Assembly (NCBI GenBank): GCA_963806225.1 | Contig: CAWDXG010000004.1 | Span: 2,848,001 to 2,912,000, forward strand | Reading direction: 5' to 3' | Origin: an uncultured delta proteobacterium | GTDB taxonomy: Bacteria > Myxococcota_A > Polyangia > Polyangiales > Polyangiaceae | Length of the DNA stretch: 64,000 bases | In this document: positions 20,168 through 32,473 of the stretch, in pieces | How positions within the stretch are numbered: the stretch's first letter is position 1 | Layout: each line of letters opens with the position of its first letter | The notes under the pieces: generated by a model | Database searches by the model: none | Told to the model about the DNA's origin: nothing | Seen by the model: only the letters and a program-made list of their open reading frames with translations | Position numbers and translations under genes: made by a program

Positions 20168-22381
20168 ATGACCGCTTTTCTTCGTGCTCGCCCGCTCGGC
20201 CTGTCCGCGGCCTTCGCAGTCGCGCTGGCAAGCGTGGCCTGCGCCCAGAGCACCGGCATCGGACCGGGGGGAAGCGGCGGGGGCGCAGGCGGCAGCGGCG
20301 CGGTTGGAGGGAGCGGCGGGGGCAGCGTCGACGCATCCCAGGACGTCTCCAACGCGGGAGCGTCGGGGGCGGCGACCGACGCGGGGCCGACCGACTCGGG
20401 CGGTGACGCGAACCCCTGCAGCGGCGTCGTCTGCAACTCGCCGCCCGTGTCGAAGTGCTCGGGCAGCAGCCTCGAGGTGTACGAAGCCGTCGGCACCTGT
20501 GGTGCGAACGGCCAGTGCACGTACAAGAGCTCGACGACGGCTTGCCCGAACGGCTGCTCGAACGGCGCCTGCACGGGCGACCCGTGCATCGGGGTGAGCT
20601 GCAACTCGGCGCCGCCGAACACCTGCACCGATGCGTCGCATCTGACGACGCACCAGTCGCCGGGCACCTGCGACAGCACGGGCCAGTGCAGCTACAGCTC
20701 GGTGCAGGCGTACTGCCCGTTCGGCTGCCAGAACGACGTATGCCAGGGCGACCCGTGCGCGGGCGTCACCTGCAACTCGCCGCCGGCGAGCTACTGCAAG
20801 GACGCAAGCTACCTGACGGTGTACGACACGCCGGGCACCTGCACGAGCAGCGGCGCCTGCTCGTATCCGAACACGCACGACGTGTACTGCTCGTTCGGCT
20901 GCGCCGGGACGCAGTGCACGAACGACCCGTGCGCGGGCAAGGTGTGCAGCACGCCGCCAGCCGCCAACTGCAAGGACGCGAACACGGCGCGCACGTACTC
21001 GAGCTCCGGCACCTGCTCGAACGGACTGTGCAGCTACCCTGAAACGGATACCCCTTGCCCGTACGGCTGCGTCAACGGCGTGTGTCGGGACTGCCAGGTC
21101 AACGGTGACTGCCCTGCCGGCAACTACTGCCAGAGCGGGACGTGCATGGCGTGCGGCACGAGCCAGCACTGCGGGACCGCCTGCACCGACTGCACCCAGT
21201 CCGGACAGGTCTGCAGCGGCGGGCAGTGCGTCGAGTGCACGGGCAGCGGCATGTGCAGCTCGGGCAAGTACTGCGAGAACAACACGTGCGTGGCCTGCAA
21301 CACCGACGCGCACTGCGGCTCGAGTTGCACGGCGTGCAGCTCCGGTACCAGCTGCAATGGGTCGAGCTGCGTGGCCTGCAACACCGACCAGAAGTGCGGA
21401 CCGAGCTGCACGGCGTGCGGCGGGTCGACGCCGCACTGCAAGGACCAGGGCGCCTCGTCGGTGTGCGTCGAGTGCCTATCCAACGGCGATTGCAGCGGCG
21501 GCGAGACCTGCGACACGGCCAGCGGCACCTGCAAGCCGCCCTGCCCGTCGACGCTGACGAGCGTGTTCTCCGATGATTTTTCCGCGCCGTCTTCGAGCTC
21601 GTGGACGACGGGCAGCGCCGCGCCGATCTCGAGCAGCCAGTGGCACGCCTACACCAAGAACAACCACGGCGTGCGCATCTACAACGGCCGGCTCGAGATT
21701 TCGAACGACGCCGGGTCGTCCGCGGAGCACGGGCAGGGCTACGCCTACGTCCCGACCGGCGGCAGCGGCTCGGTCTACGACAACTCGCTGTATAATCCGG
21801 TTCTGAAGCAGAACGCGGGCGAGTCGGTCGTGTGGACCTTCAACATGCGCCGCGACAACGCCGACTCGACCAACGGCGGCTTCAGCTGCACGAGCACCGG
21901 CAGCCAGAACTACAGGACGATCGGGCTCGCATATGTGCTGGCGACCGACTCGGCGAACGGCCTGGACTCCAGCGCCGGCACCTGCAGCAGCTCGGCCTCC
22001 GGCAAGGGCTACGCGGTGGTGTTGGGCGGAAGCACGAGCCTGCGCCTGGTGCGCTTCTCGGGCGGGCTGCGCAACGGAGCGATTTCTGATCTGGTCACCT
22101 CCAGCGGTTTCAGCGTCTCGAACTACTTCAGCGTGCGCGTCACGTACAACGCCACGAACGACCAGTGGACGTTGGAGGCGCGCAGCGACGGCGGCAGCAG
22201 CTTCTCGAACCCGTCGAGCGGCTCGTATTCGTTTACGGGCTCGGCCACCGACGCCACCTACGTGAACGACGCGCTCGACTACGCGGGGCCGTACTTCCAG
22301 ACGGGCTGTTGCTGCCTGTGCTCGAGCACCTACACCGCGCGCTTCGACAACGTCGGGGTGGGCGTGCGTTGTGCGCCGTAG
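20168..22381 (+). CDS. Secreted/lipoprotein with Cys-rich repeats and a C-terminal beta-sandwich (lectin-like) domain
   Basis: Signal ends in SVAC, then a Gly linker, four (D/N)PCxGxxC(N/S)xxP...GTC...C.YGC-type units and short Cys repeats, then a beta-rich domain of about 280 aa. Confidence 0.85.
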   Translation: MTAFLRARPLGLSAAFAVALASVACAQSTGIGPGGSGGGAGGSGAVGGSGGGSVDASQDVSNAGASGAATDAGPTDSGGDANPCSGVVCNSPPVSKCSGSSLEVYEAVGTCGANGQCTYKSSTTACPNGCSNGACTGDPCIGVSCNSAPPNTCTDASHLTTHQSPGTCDSTGQCSYSSVQAYCPFGCQNDVCQGDPCAGVTCNSPPASYCKDASYLTVYDTPGTCTSSGACSYPNTHDVYCSFGCAGTQCTNDPCAGKVCSTPPAANCKDANTARTYSSSGTCSNGLCSYPETDTPCPYGCVNGVCRDCQVNGDCPAGNYCQSGTCMACGTSQHCGTACTDCTQSGQVCSGGQCVECTGSGMCSSGKYCENNTCVACNTDAHCGSSCTACSSGTSCNGSSCVACNTDQKCGPSCTACGGSTPHCKDQGASSVCVECLSNGDCSGGETCDTASGTCKPPCPSTLTSVFSDDFSAPSSSSWTTGSAAPISSSQWHAYTKNNHGVRIYNGRLEISNDAGSSAEHGQGYAYVPTGGSGSVYDNSLYNPVLKQNAGESVVWTFNMRRDNADSTNGGFSCTSTGSQNYRTIGLAYVLATDSANGLDSSAGTCSSSASGKGYAVVLGGSTSLRLVRFSGGLRNGAISDLVTSSGFSVSNYFSVRVTYNATNDQWTLEARSDGGSSFSNPSSGSYSFTGSATDATYVNDALDYAGPYFQTGCCCLCSSTYTARFDNVGVGVRCAP

Positions 22382-22536
22382 CGGCTCCCCGCGGGACGGG
22401 GCGCCGTTGTGGTGTAGGATCGCTGCGTGAAAAATCAACTAGCCTAGCACCAGCCCCGCGTCGCCCGCGGGTGGCGCGCTGTGACATGTGCTGGGTGCCG
22501 AACCTACGCAAGGCGGACGGCGACCACCGCGCACCG

Positions 22537-23382
22537 TCATTGCCGTCGCCGCAGATACGTCGCCGGGATCCGGTCCAGAGCGATCTCCACGACCGAACCG
22601 GCGAGAGCATAGGGGCCCTCGGCGCACAGCTCGAGCAGAATGCCGTCGGTCGTCTTGCGGCCCGGGACCGGCTTGACGATGAAGCCACGTGCGGTCAGCC
22701 GGGACCCGCTGGTGTCCACCCCGCCGGAGTCCAGCGAATCGCCGAGAACCTCCACGGCGCGATCGGAGTCGTCGATGAGCGCCTGCACCCGCGCCGTCAG
22801 CCGCGATGCGTCGGGAAGAACGTCTGCCAGGGTCAGCTGTCGCCCGGTCTTGCGGTTGAAGGTTCTGCAGGACAGGCTGTTGTTCGCGTGCGCCGCACCG
22901 CCGGTGAAACTCGACTCGGCGACATACACCGACACGAACCGATCGGTGGCCGAGGCGAGCCAGAGCCTGCGTTCGAGCCACGAACCCTGGGGTGCCAGTA
23001 TCTCGCGATCGTCCGCTGTGAGCGCTGCGGAAACGAGCGCCAGACCTGCACCCGGCTCGCGGAGCCCGTCCACGCAGGCGTTGCCACTGCATCGGGTGCT
23101 CAGTTCGAAGCCGGGCGCGAGCCGACGGGAGCCGTCGTTCTTCTTCGAGCGCCGAGCCAGCAGAGCTGTGCTGGGGGAAGCGTGCCGCCGCGGCGCGCTG
23201 TTGCGCTGGAGATCGCTGATCCAGAGCCTGCGCGCCAGCGGCGTGGACACCGGACCGGCGCTGGTCGAGGCGCTTGCCTGAGCGGTGCCCGGGTGCGTTC
23301 CGGTTTTACGTCGATTCCACTGCGAGGCGCAGCCCGCCAGCAGAACAGCCACGTTCAACCCAACGACGGGTCCAGCCCTCAT
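22537..23382 (-). CDS. Lipoprotein with a DUF3298/RsiV-like segment
   Basis: LAGC lipobox. FVSVY...SFTGGAAHANN...TFNRKTGRQLTLADV resembles the DUF4163/DUF3298 YTGGAH motif. Confidence 0.55.
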   Translation of the reverse strand: MRAGPVVGLNVAVLLAGCASQWNRRKTGTHPGTAQASASTSAGPVSTPLARRLWISDLQRNSAPRRHASPSTALLARRSKKNDGSRRLAPGFELSTRCSGNACVDGLREPGAGLALVSAALTADDREILAPQGSWLERRLWLASATDRFVSVYVAESSFTGGAAHANNSLSCRTFNRKTGRQLTLADVLPDASRLTARVQALIDDSDRAVEVLGDSLDSGGVDTSGSRLTARGFIVKPVPGRKTTDGILLELCAEGPYALAGSVVEIALDRIPATYLRRRQ

Positions 23383-23425
23383 CGAGTCAGGTGCTACCCG
23401 AAGCGTATCGCCTGCGCAACGATCA

Positions 23426-24406
23426 CTACGTCTGCGAAGTGCCCTGGCGTTTTGCGTCGCCGGGCAGGCAGAGCTTCCACAGCGGCAGAATGCGCGGCGG
23501 CGGCGGCGTGCCGGCGAGGGTGCGCTGGAGCTCCTGCCAGCGCTGCACGTCGAAGGACCCGGTCTTCAGTCGCGCGATCCAGTCCGCTAGACGGACCGCC
23601 GCGGCCCGCTCGTCCAGCGCGCCGTCGGCGGCGGCGGGGCCAGGTTCCACGGCGAAACGATAGCCGCTGACGACCGCGGCGGAGTCGTAGCCCCAGCGGT
23701 GGAGTGCCGTCGCCGCCAGGCTGGCCCGGAACGTGACCTCCTCGGGGAGTCGCGATTCGGCCGCGGTAGCGACCGGATCAAGCGCCGCGGGCAGCTCCGG
23801 GAAGTGCAGATCGGCGAAGAGCGCCTCGACGGCATCAGCCAGCTCCGGAGTGTTCGCCGCATGCCAGAAGTTGAACACCAGCGAGCGCCGGCGGCGGCTC
23901 ACCCGCTGGACGCCGTGATACGACCCTTCATGCAGCACGAAGCCGAAGGCCGCGTCGTACACGGGCTCGACCTCCGCGACCGGCGGGCCTTCCGGCGAGT
24001 CGTAGAGCTGGAGCAGTCCTCCGTGTTCGCGGCGCCAAGCGTGGTTCAGCTGCAGGACCAGTCGCGCTGCCTCGTAGCCGATGAGCGGCCAATCGCTGTG
24101 CACGCCCACCACCTGCCCGGGCTCCATGCGCTGGGCGCTGACCACGACCTGGTCGGTCAGCGGTAGCCCGGTGATCGCGCGCATGCGAACGGCCGCGGCG
24201 CGCAGCAGCTCCGGGGGCAGCTCCACCGTCACGTCGCGCAGGAAGCAGCTGTAGAACGAATCGTCACGCGCCTGCCAGTCTGCCTCGGCGGCAGACAACT
24301 CCTCGAACCCCGCGCACGCCTCCGCCCCAAACGCGCGCTCGCAACGGAAGAACGGAAACGGCTCGTTCTGCTGGCAGGGGTCGGGAAGCATCGGTACCGA
24401 CGGCAT
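23426..24406 (-). CDS. 2OG-Fe(II) oxygenase (YhhC-like) with a C-terminal helical extension
   Basis: HxD in VHSD, distal His in SYHGV, R-x-S in RRRSL, and QLNxxW...GGLLxL. Confidence 0.8.
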   Translation of the reverse strand: MPSVPMLPDPCQQNEPFPFFRCERAFGAEACAGFEELSAAEADWQARDDSFYSCFLRDVTVELPPELLRAAAVRMRAITGLPLTDQVVVSAQRMEPGQVVGVHSDWPLIGYEAARLVLQLNHAWRREHGGLLQLYDSPEGPPVAEVEPVYDAAFGFVLHEGSYHGVQRVSRRRRSLVFNFWHAANTPELADAVEALFADLHFPELPAALDPVATAAESRLPEEVTFRASLAATALHRWGYDSAAVVSGYRFAVEPGPAAADGALDERAAAVRLADWIARLKTGSFDVQRWQELQRTLAGTPPPPRILPLWKLCLPGDAKRQGTSQT

Positions 24407-25068
24407 AGCTCATAGTCTCGCGCTGCGCGGGCGGAGCTCGCTTGCTGACAGGCTTGGCTGCTCGCGGACGGGATGGATTCGCTCGTGAGGCTCGGATACT
24501 TGACGGCCGGGATATCCGCGGCGCTTCTGCTGGCGAGCAGCGCGGGCGCGACCCCGTCGGCGCGAGCATCGTCCGGGAGGAGGTCGTCGGGGCCAACGTC
24601 CATGGCGCGAGTTGCTACGCCGCAGCTCCCCAGCACGAGCGCTGAAGCACAACAGAGAGCGCCGCGCACAGGACCCGCGGCACCACCCGTGCGGCTCGAT
24701 CCGATTCCCCGGAGCAGGCTTTCGCGACATCGAGCCGCGCGACAGCGAGACGAATGGGCTCCGTTCCGAATGGCGCGTCCGGGACCGGAACTTCGCCCCG
24801 CCATCGAAGCCGCATGATCGCGGTCACATGGCCTTCCGCCGGCGCTTCAATCCGCCGTTGAGCTCCTGGTGTTTCTGGTCGACGCCGTTTGGCGACGGGG
24901 TAACGTTGCTGCCGGGCTCTGGGCGCCCGTCTGCGTCGGGCACGGTGTTTGCGTCTCCAACGTGGTCGGCTCGGTACGACGTTCCTATGGGTAGGCAGAC
25001 TGCGCAACGCCGTGGCGCACGAGTGGATCGCGCTCGCGCCCCATGGTCGGTGGAGGGTATCGCGATGA

Positions 25069-26133
25069 CCAGGAGCTGGGTCCGGCGGAGCGGATGACCT
25101 GGTACTCAACCAGTTCCCCTACCCGGGCAAGACGATCACGGTGCAGGTCGACTTGCCACCGGCCACGGCCGACCGCGCCGGGGCCTACGCCGTGGGCCAG
25201 GTGCTGCTCAACGGAAAGGACGTGGGTACGGGCTTCCTTTCGCCGAGCCAGCTCCAGCCGACGAACCTGCTCGAGATCGCGCTGGTCGACACGCCGGAGG
25301 CCGCGGACACCCTCACGCTGGTCACCGACCCGGCGGAGTACAAAAACCTGTTCGGGCCACTCACGCCCGCCGTGACCGGCATCAGCCCAGTGGGCGGAAA
25401 GCTCCAGGTCTCCTTCCACGGCGGCGGCGAGTCCGCTTCCGGGATCACATTCAACATCTACCGGGACGGCGTGCGCGTAGCCAGCAACGTGCCCGGCAAC
25501 TTGACTTCGTGGACCGATCCCAACGCGACGACTGCTTCGCCGAGCTACTGCTACACGGTGGAAACGGCCTTCGTGCTCTCGGGTACGGTGAGCCAGCACT
25601 CCAAACCCTACTGCTGGTGGGGCACGGGCGACGTTTGCATCCAGAGCTTCACCGCGGGGACGTTCGATACCGTGGGCGGCGATCTCGCGACCACCCATGG
25701 CCGCGTCCACTTCGAGAACTGGGGGCAGCCTGGCGACACGGTCACGATCCACAACGTGACGCCGGCATTCACGGGCCCGTACCTCGTGCAGGCGGTGTAC
25801 GCCAACGGTTCGGGTTCGATAGACGCGGGCATCACCTGCGGTGCCAAGCGCGTGGTGGTGCAGGACGAGGCAAACGACGCCGTGGTGGGCGATGGCGTGC
25901 TGGTGATGCCGCAGGCCGGCATGTGGGACCAATGGCGCGACTCCACCTTCGTACGTGCGGCTCTCGCGACGGGTCACACCTACAGGATCTCGCTGTCACA
26001 CGACACCACCACGCAGAACATGTCCGACTTCCAGTTCAACACCCAGTACTCCGGCATAGGGGGTACGGGCGGCGCGTACCACAACGTGGACATCGCGGAG
26101 ATCAAGCTTCTGTCACTTACCGGCAACCCGTGA
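25069..26133 (+). pseudogene. 5'-truncated carbohydrate-active protein fragment (FN3-like plus CBM6/35-like domains)
   Basis: The frame is open from 25069, after a TGA, with no good start or signal peptide. It contains FNIYRDGVRVA...WTD (FN3-like) and VYANG...WDQW...S (CBM-like) motifs. Confidence 0.55.
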
Positions 26134-26201
26134 GGCGACGACGCGCACGCGCTCGAAGAGGCAGAGCAGCACGCCGTACTGCGACAGGCCGCGGCTCGCC
26201 T

Positions 26202-26226
26202 ACGACGCCGAGCTACTCGGCGTCGT
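26202..26226. terminator. Perfect 11-bp stem hairpin, possible terminator or RNA stabiliser
   Basis: ACGACGCCGAG-CTA-CTCGGCGTCGT, about 70 bp after the stop at 26133. No U-tract. Confidence 0.4.
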
Positions 26227-26371
26227 CAGCATAGGGAATATTGGCAGTGGCGGGTTCGCGGGCGCATCGGGCGCGCTGGTGCGGCAGGTTCGCCCTTGCC
26301 CCGCGCGTGACGCTGCAACCCTTCCACCGGCTCACGACTGGCTGACGCGCGCGTAGGCCGTGCGCCGTCCT

Positions 26372-26515
26372 CTAGACAGTATCGAGCTCTAGCGCGAGCC
26401 AGGCGTCGGCAGCCCGCGCGCTCTCCTCTGCTCGAGCGAGGGCGTCGACGAGAGCCCGCGGGGACGAACCCTTCACCACGCCGCGATCGTCCTCGACAAG
26501 CAACAAGTTCCGCAT
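26372..26515 (-). pseudogene. Possible response-regulator remnant
   Basis: Starts MRNLLLVEDD like a receiver domain but is only 47 aa long. Confidence 0.25.
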
Positions 26516-26873
26516 TTCCAACGCACGCCTGACTCTCCCTGACCCGCATCCATATTCTTGCCCGAAACGGGAACTGCGACAAACAGCTTTCTGCACGTAC
26601 CCACGCGTTGTTACGTTAGGTTACCTGCGCTTCCTTGCATGTGGCGCAACGCCAACGACGGCGCACTGCGGGATCGAGCCGCTCGCCCGGCGGGCGCCAG
26701 AAACTCCCGGATGGCCAGGAACACCGCGACCAGCATCACCCACCTCGAAGCGCCCGGCCTGCGCTAGGGGCAATGTGGCAGCGCCGCCTTCGCGGCCGCG
26801 TTCTTGCGTTCGATCGAAACGTAACGGCGAAGCGCTTGGTGGGGGCGGTCGGCTTTGTGCTACGTGCGCAGGG

Positions 26874-28421
<1,548 letters not shown>

Positions 28422-28476
28422 AGGGGGCAGTTCCTGCTCGATCGCGCTTCCTCCAGCGCGATCCTGGTCGTCGGCC

Positions 28477-31400
28477 TCACGGCAGAGCCAGCTTGCCGTC
28501 CTTGTACACGACCTCGATCGGTTTGCCGGTTGCGGGTACGTCAACGTCGAGAGACGCGAGCGCCGGCGCCACCATCGGCGAGCCCGAGCCGACGAGAGCG
28601 CGCAGCCGGACGCGCGTGGGACGACTGGGCGGCAAATCCTCCGGCCGCTTCAAGCGGATCCGCACCTCGTCGACGCCTTCGGGGTTGAACGGGAGCGCGT
28701 ACGCGCCGATGGCCGGCGCCTTGATGTCGGCGGGCTTCTCCTCGCGCGCCTTGCCCTCGCCGCGCAGCACCGTCGCGGTGATGGGCACGGTGGCCGCGGG
28801 CGCGAGCACGAGCAGCGAAACGCCCCGGGTGGGCCGCGCGATCTCCAGCGACGCGGCGACCAGCTTGGCCTCGTCGTCCTTGCTGGTGCCCTTGGCGGTG
28901 CGCGCGTTGGCCAGCACCATCGACGCCAGGCGGCCGGCCAGGTCGGCGAGCTTCGCGTTGCCGTCTCGACCGCCGGTCTGGGCCACGCGCGCGAGCATGC
29001 GGCGCGCGATGTCCACACGCCCGGCGCCGGCATTCGCCAGCGCGAGGCGGATCGACACGCCCGCGTCGTCGGGCATGATCTGGTCGAGCGCGGCGTAGGC
29101 GGCGCTGGCGTCGTCGAACCAGCCTTCGTTGCGGAGGCGATCCCCCAGGAACGCGCGCGCCCACGGGTCGTTTGGCGCGCGCTCGGCGAGCTCGCCGAAG
29201 GTGCGCCGCGCTTCAGCTTCCTGCCCGATGCGACGCAAGGCCGACGCCGCGTCGGCGAGCAGCGCGGCGTTGGCGAAGGGGTCGACGCGGATGCGCCGGA
29301 TCTCGTCGGCGAGCTGCTGCTTGTCGCCAAGCGCCTCGAGCAGCACGAGCATGCGGCGACGCAACCCGGGATCATGCGGCGCGACGGCGAGGAACTTGCG
29401 CACGACGGCGAGCCGTGCGGCGTCGTCGTGCGCCGCCTTCTCGCGCTTCCGGAACGTCTTGACCGGATAGCGTTCGTCGCCAAGCAGCGCCATGCGCACC
29501 GCGCCGAGGTCCTCCGGCGAAGCGGCGCGCCGCACGGCCTCGCGCCGCAGGAATGCGGCGGCGTCCGCTTGGCCGTTGTCGTCGAGCGTGCGCGCCAGCT
29601 CGACGATGCGCACGCCGTTCGACTGGATGCCGAGGATCAGCTCCAGCAGCATGCGCTTCGCCGACCAGCTGCCAAGCTCGCAAGCCCGGCGCGCCGCCCG
29701 GAACACGTCCGCGGGTTTGCCCTCGATCAGACGCTCGCGCCAGACCCCGCGCCTGAGCGGCAGCGGCAGCCTCGACGTGGCAGAGCACTTGACCTTGCGA
29801 ATACCGGAGCGCGGCGGCGGCAGCACGATCACCTGCTCGACCTTCACGGTCACGCCGCCGTCGGGGTAGCGGAGCCCCTGGACCACGACCTGGATGCAGC
29901 GATCGAGCGCAGCGTCGTCGGATTCCGGCGTCTCGCCGCGCACGCTGACGTTGTCGGCGTGTCCGTCGCCGTCGACCTGGAACCTGACGCGGAGCTTGCC
30001 GGACAGATCCGGACGCAGCGCCGCGCGCGAATCGCGGCACGCACGCACGCTGTCGCCCGCGCGCTGGAGCACGCGCGCGGCGGCGTTGCCCAGCGCATCG
30101 CCGAGGCTGATCGCGTCGCTGTCGCCCGCAGGGATCGCCACCGATGCGTTGGATAGCGCGCTCGGCTGCCAGCCCGGCGAGGTAAACGCCGCCAGACTGG
30201 AACCGCCGGAGAGATCCAGCAGCCGCGTGGCCAGCTTGGTCGGAACGTAGGACTCTGTAGCGCTGCCGAGCGCGGTCCAGGGCGAGATCAAGCCGGCGCT
30301 GAGCGCGACGTCGGCCGCCGCCTCGCGCCCCTTGCCGGTAAGCATGACGTTGTCGATGCGCGCGGCGGCCCAGCGCCGGCGCACGTCGCCCGCATCCGGC
30401 GCCTTGCGGAGCGACAGCAGGCGCCGATCCTGGTGCATGCCCTTGGCGTCGCGCCAGTGCAGCACGACTGCGTTGGGCGCCGCACGGCGTACGCGCGCAA
30501 CCACGCTCACCGTGTCGCCGGCAACGACCGCGCGCGCGTGTCGCGGATAGATCTGCTCTGCCTCCGGACCGACCTCGAGCTGGACGTCGGAATAGGTGGG
30601 TTGCAGCGCGTTCGACACGAGCCGTGATGCGGCGCTGCCCGCGTCGCTCGAGTCCGCCATCTCCAGGAGCGGTCCCGAGCCGCGGACCAGGGCCGCAAGC
30701 GCGAGACGGTTTGCCATCGGCCCGACGGCGACGGCGCCAAGCCGCGGCACGCCGCCGGCACGCCGGGCGAGACGTGCCTGGATGGCATCCACCGTGGGAT
30801 CGCCCATGGTGGGCCAGCCATCGCCGACGTACACGACAATGCCGCCCGGCGCGTCCGCCGGCAGCTCGTCCGCGCCTGCCTCCAGGGCGCGTCCGAGATC
30901 GCTCGCGCCGCCCGGCGAGAGCTTGGAAAGCGCCGTCTCGATCGCCTGCTTGCGCTTGGCATCCGCCGCGCCGATCTTGTCGGGGCCGACGGGACGCGCG
31001 GTCTGGTCGACGGCGAGCACCATCACGCGATCACGTGGGCCGAGCGCGTCGAGCACGGCGGTGACGAAGCTACGGGCGACTGCGAGCAGCGCCGGCTCTG
31101 CGCTGCCGCTGGTGTCCACGACGAGCACCAGTGTCGCGCCCGCGTCGGGCTTTGCAGGCGGCACCTCCGTCCGCACCAGCACCGTCTTCAGCTCCTCGTT
31201 CTTGCCGGGATCGGCTACGTACACGCGCGCCAAGCTCTCGAACGCCGGCAGATGGACGTCCACCACCAGATCCGCCGTGGGCCGGAAGTCGGGCTTGCGT
31301 ACGGTCACGACGCTGCCGTCGACATGCGCGCCGAAGCCGGCCGCGATGGCCGTGGCCCGCGCCGGACCGGCATCCACCTTCGCCGAGAACTCGCCGATCA

Positions 31401-32473
31401 ACGGTGGCGCGGCGGCGGCAGCAAGCGGATAGCGATACTGCACGACGAGGTCACCGGACTTCGTGTGCTTCGGGTGCAGCCACTCGACGTAGTCGATCTC
31501 CACCGTGATAGCGCTGCCGCTCGAGATCGAGCCGAGGTTGCCGCGCAGCCAGCCGTCGCCGGCCCACTCCAGCATGATGCGGCTCGGGCGCGTCTCGCTC
31601 CTCTGGCGGTCCGCCAGCGCGATCCTGCCGTCCGTGAGCTCGCCGCCCTGGCCCCAGCGGAAGCGCGACACGATGGCGCCCGGCGGGATCGCCATGCGGA
31701 AATCCCCGACGACGGCGTTGCTGCCGCCGTTGAAGTACACCGTGCGGACGCGGGTCTCGGCGGCCTCGCCGGTGATGGTGGCCGAGAACGTCGTGCGAGC
31801 GGATCGTGAGCGGCGAGCCGGCATCGCCGAGCGCGGCATCCTGGCTGCGGCCCCACAGCTCACCCACCGCGCGCCGCGGCGGCCCATTGGCGCCCCACGG
31901 CTGAGCGAGCCCGCCGGTCCAGTCGTCGAAGGTCTTCGCCGGCACGATGGCGACCTCGGTGCCGTCGATGTTCGCCTGCTCGCCGGCGCGCGCCTTTTCG
32001 TCCTTGCCGCCGGCGCTGATCGGGATCTCGGCGTTGGCGGAGTACAGCGTTGCGGTGTTGCCCTTCCTCTCCAGCCCGGCGTTGGCGGCGCTGACGATGG
32101 CCGTCGCCTTTCCAAGCTGGATCTTCGTATGGGCGCTGGTCGCGCCCAGCACGAAGATGCGGCCGCTGTCGAGAGACAGCCCGTGCTCGGTCACGCTCAG
32201 CTTGGTCTTCTGGTCGATCACGGCGCTGGTGCCGTCGTCCAGGCGTACGCGCGCGCGCCCTTCGCCGTCCGTTACGACGGCGTCGCCGACGGACAGCCGC
32301 GTGACGCCGACGCGCGCCTTCCCCTTCACCGCGACTCCGCTGTGCACGGTCTCCAGGTCGGCAACCGTGGGCGGGAGCGTGCGCACCGGGTGCTGCACGA
32401 GCTTCCACACGCCGGCCGCGAACAGCAGCGTGATCGCCAGGATCAGCAGCAGCTGCTTCCACGCCCTAGCCAC
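28477..32473 (-). CDS. Membrane-anchored FecR-like/VIT/vWA/AgmX-PglI C-terminal-like/TPR protein (+1 frameshift at about 31787)
   Basis: N-terminal TM and FecR-like strands in ORF 31451..32473. VIT, vWA (VVDTSGS, YVGDG), CRxxxxxxRPDLSGKLRVRFxVxxDG...C and TPRs in ORF 28477..32115. Removing one A at 31787-31788 restores SHDVSATITG. Confidence 0.82.
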
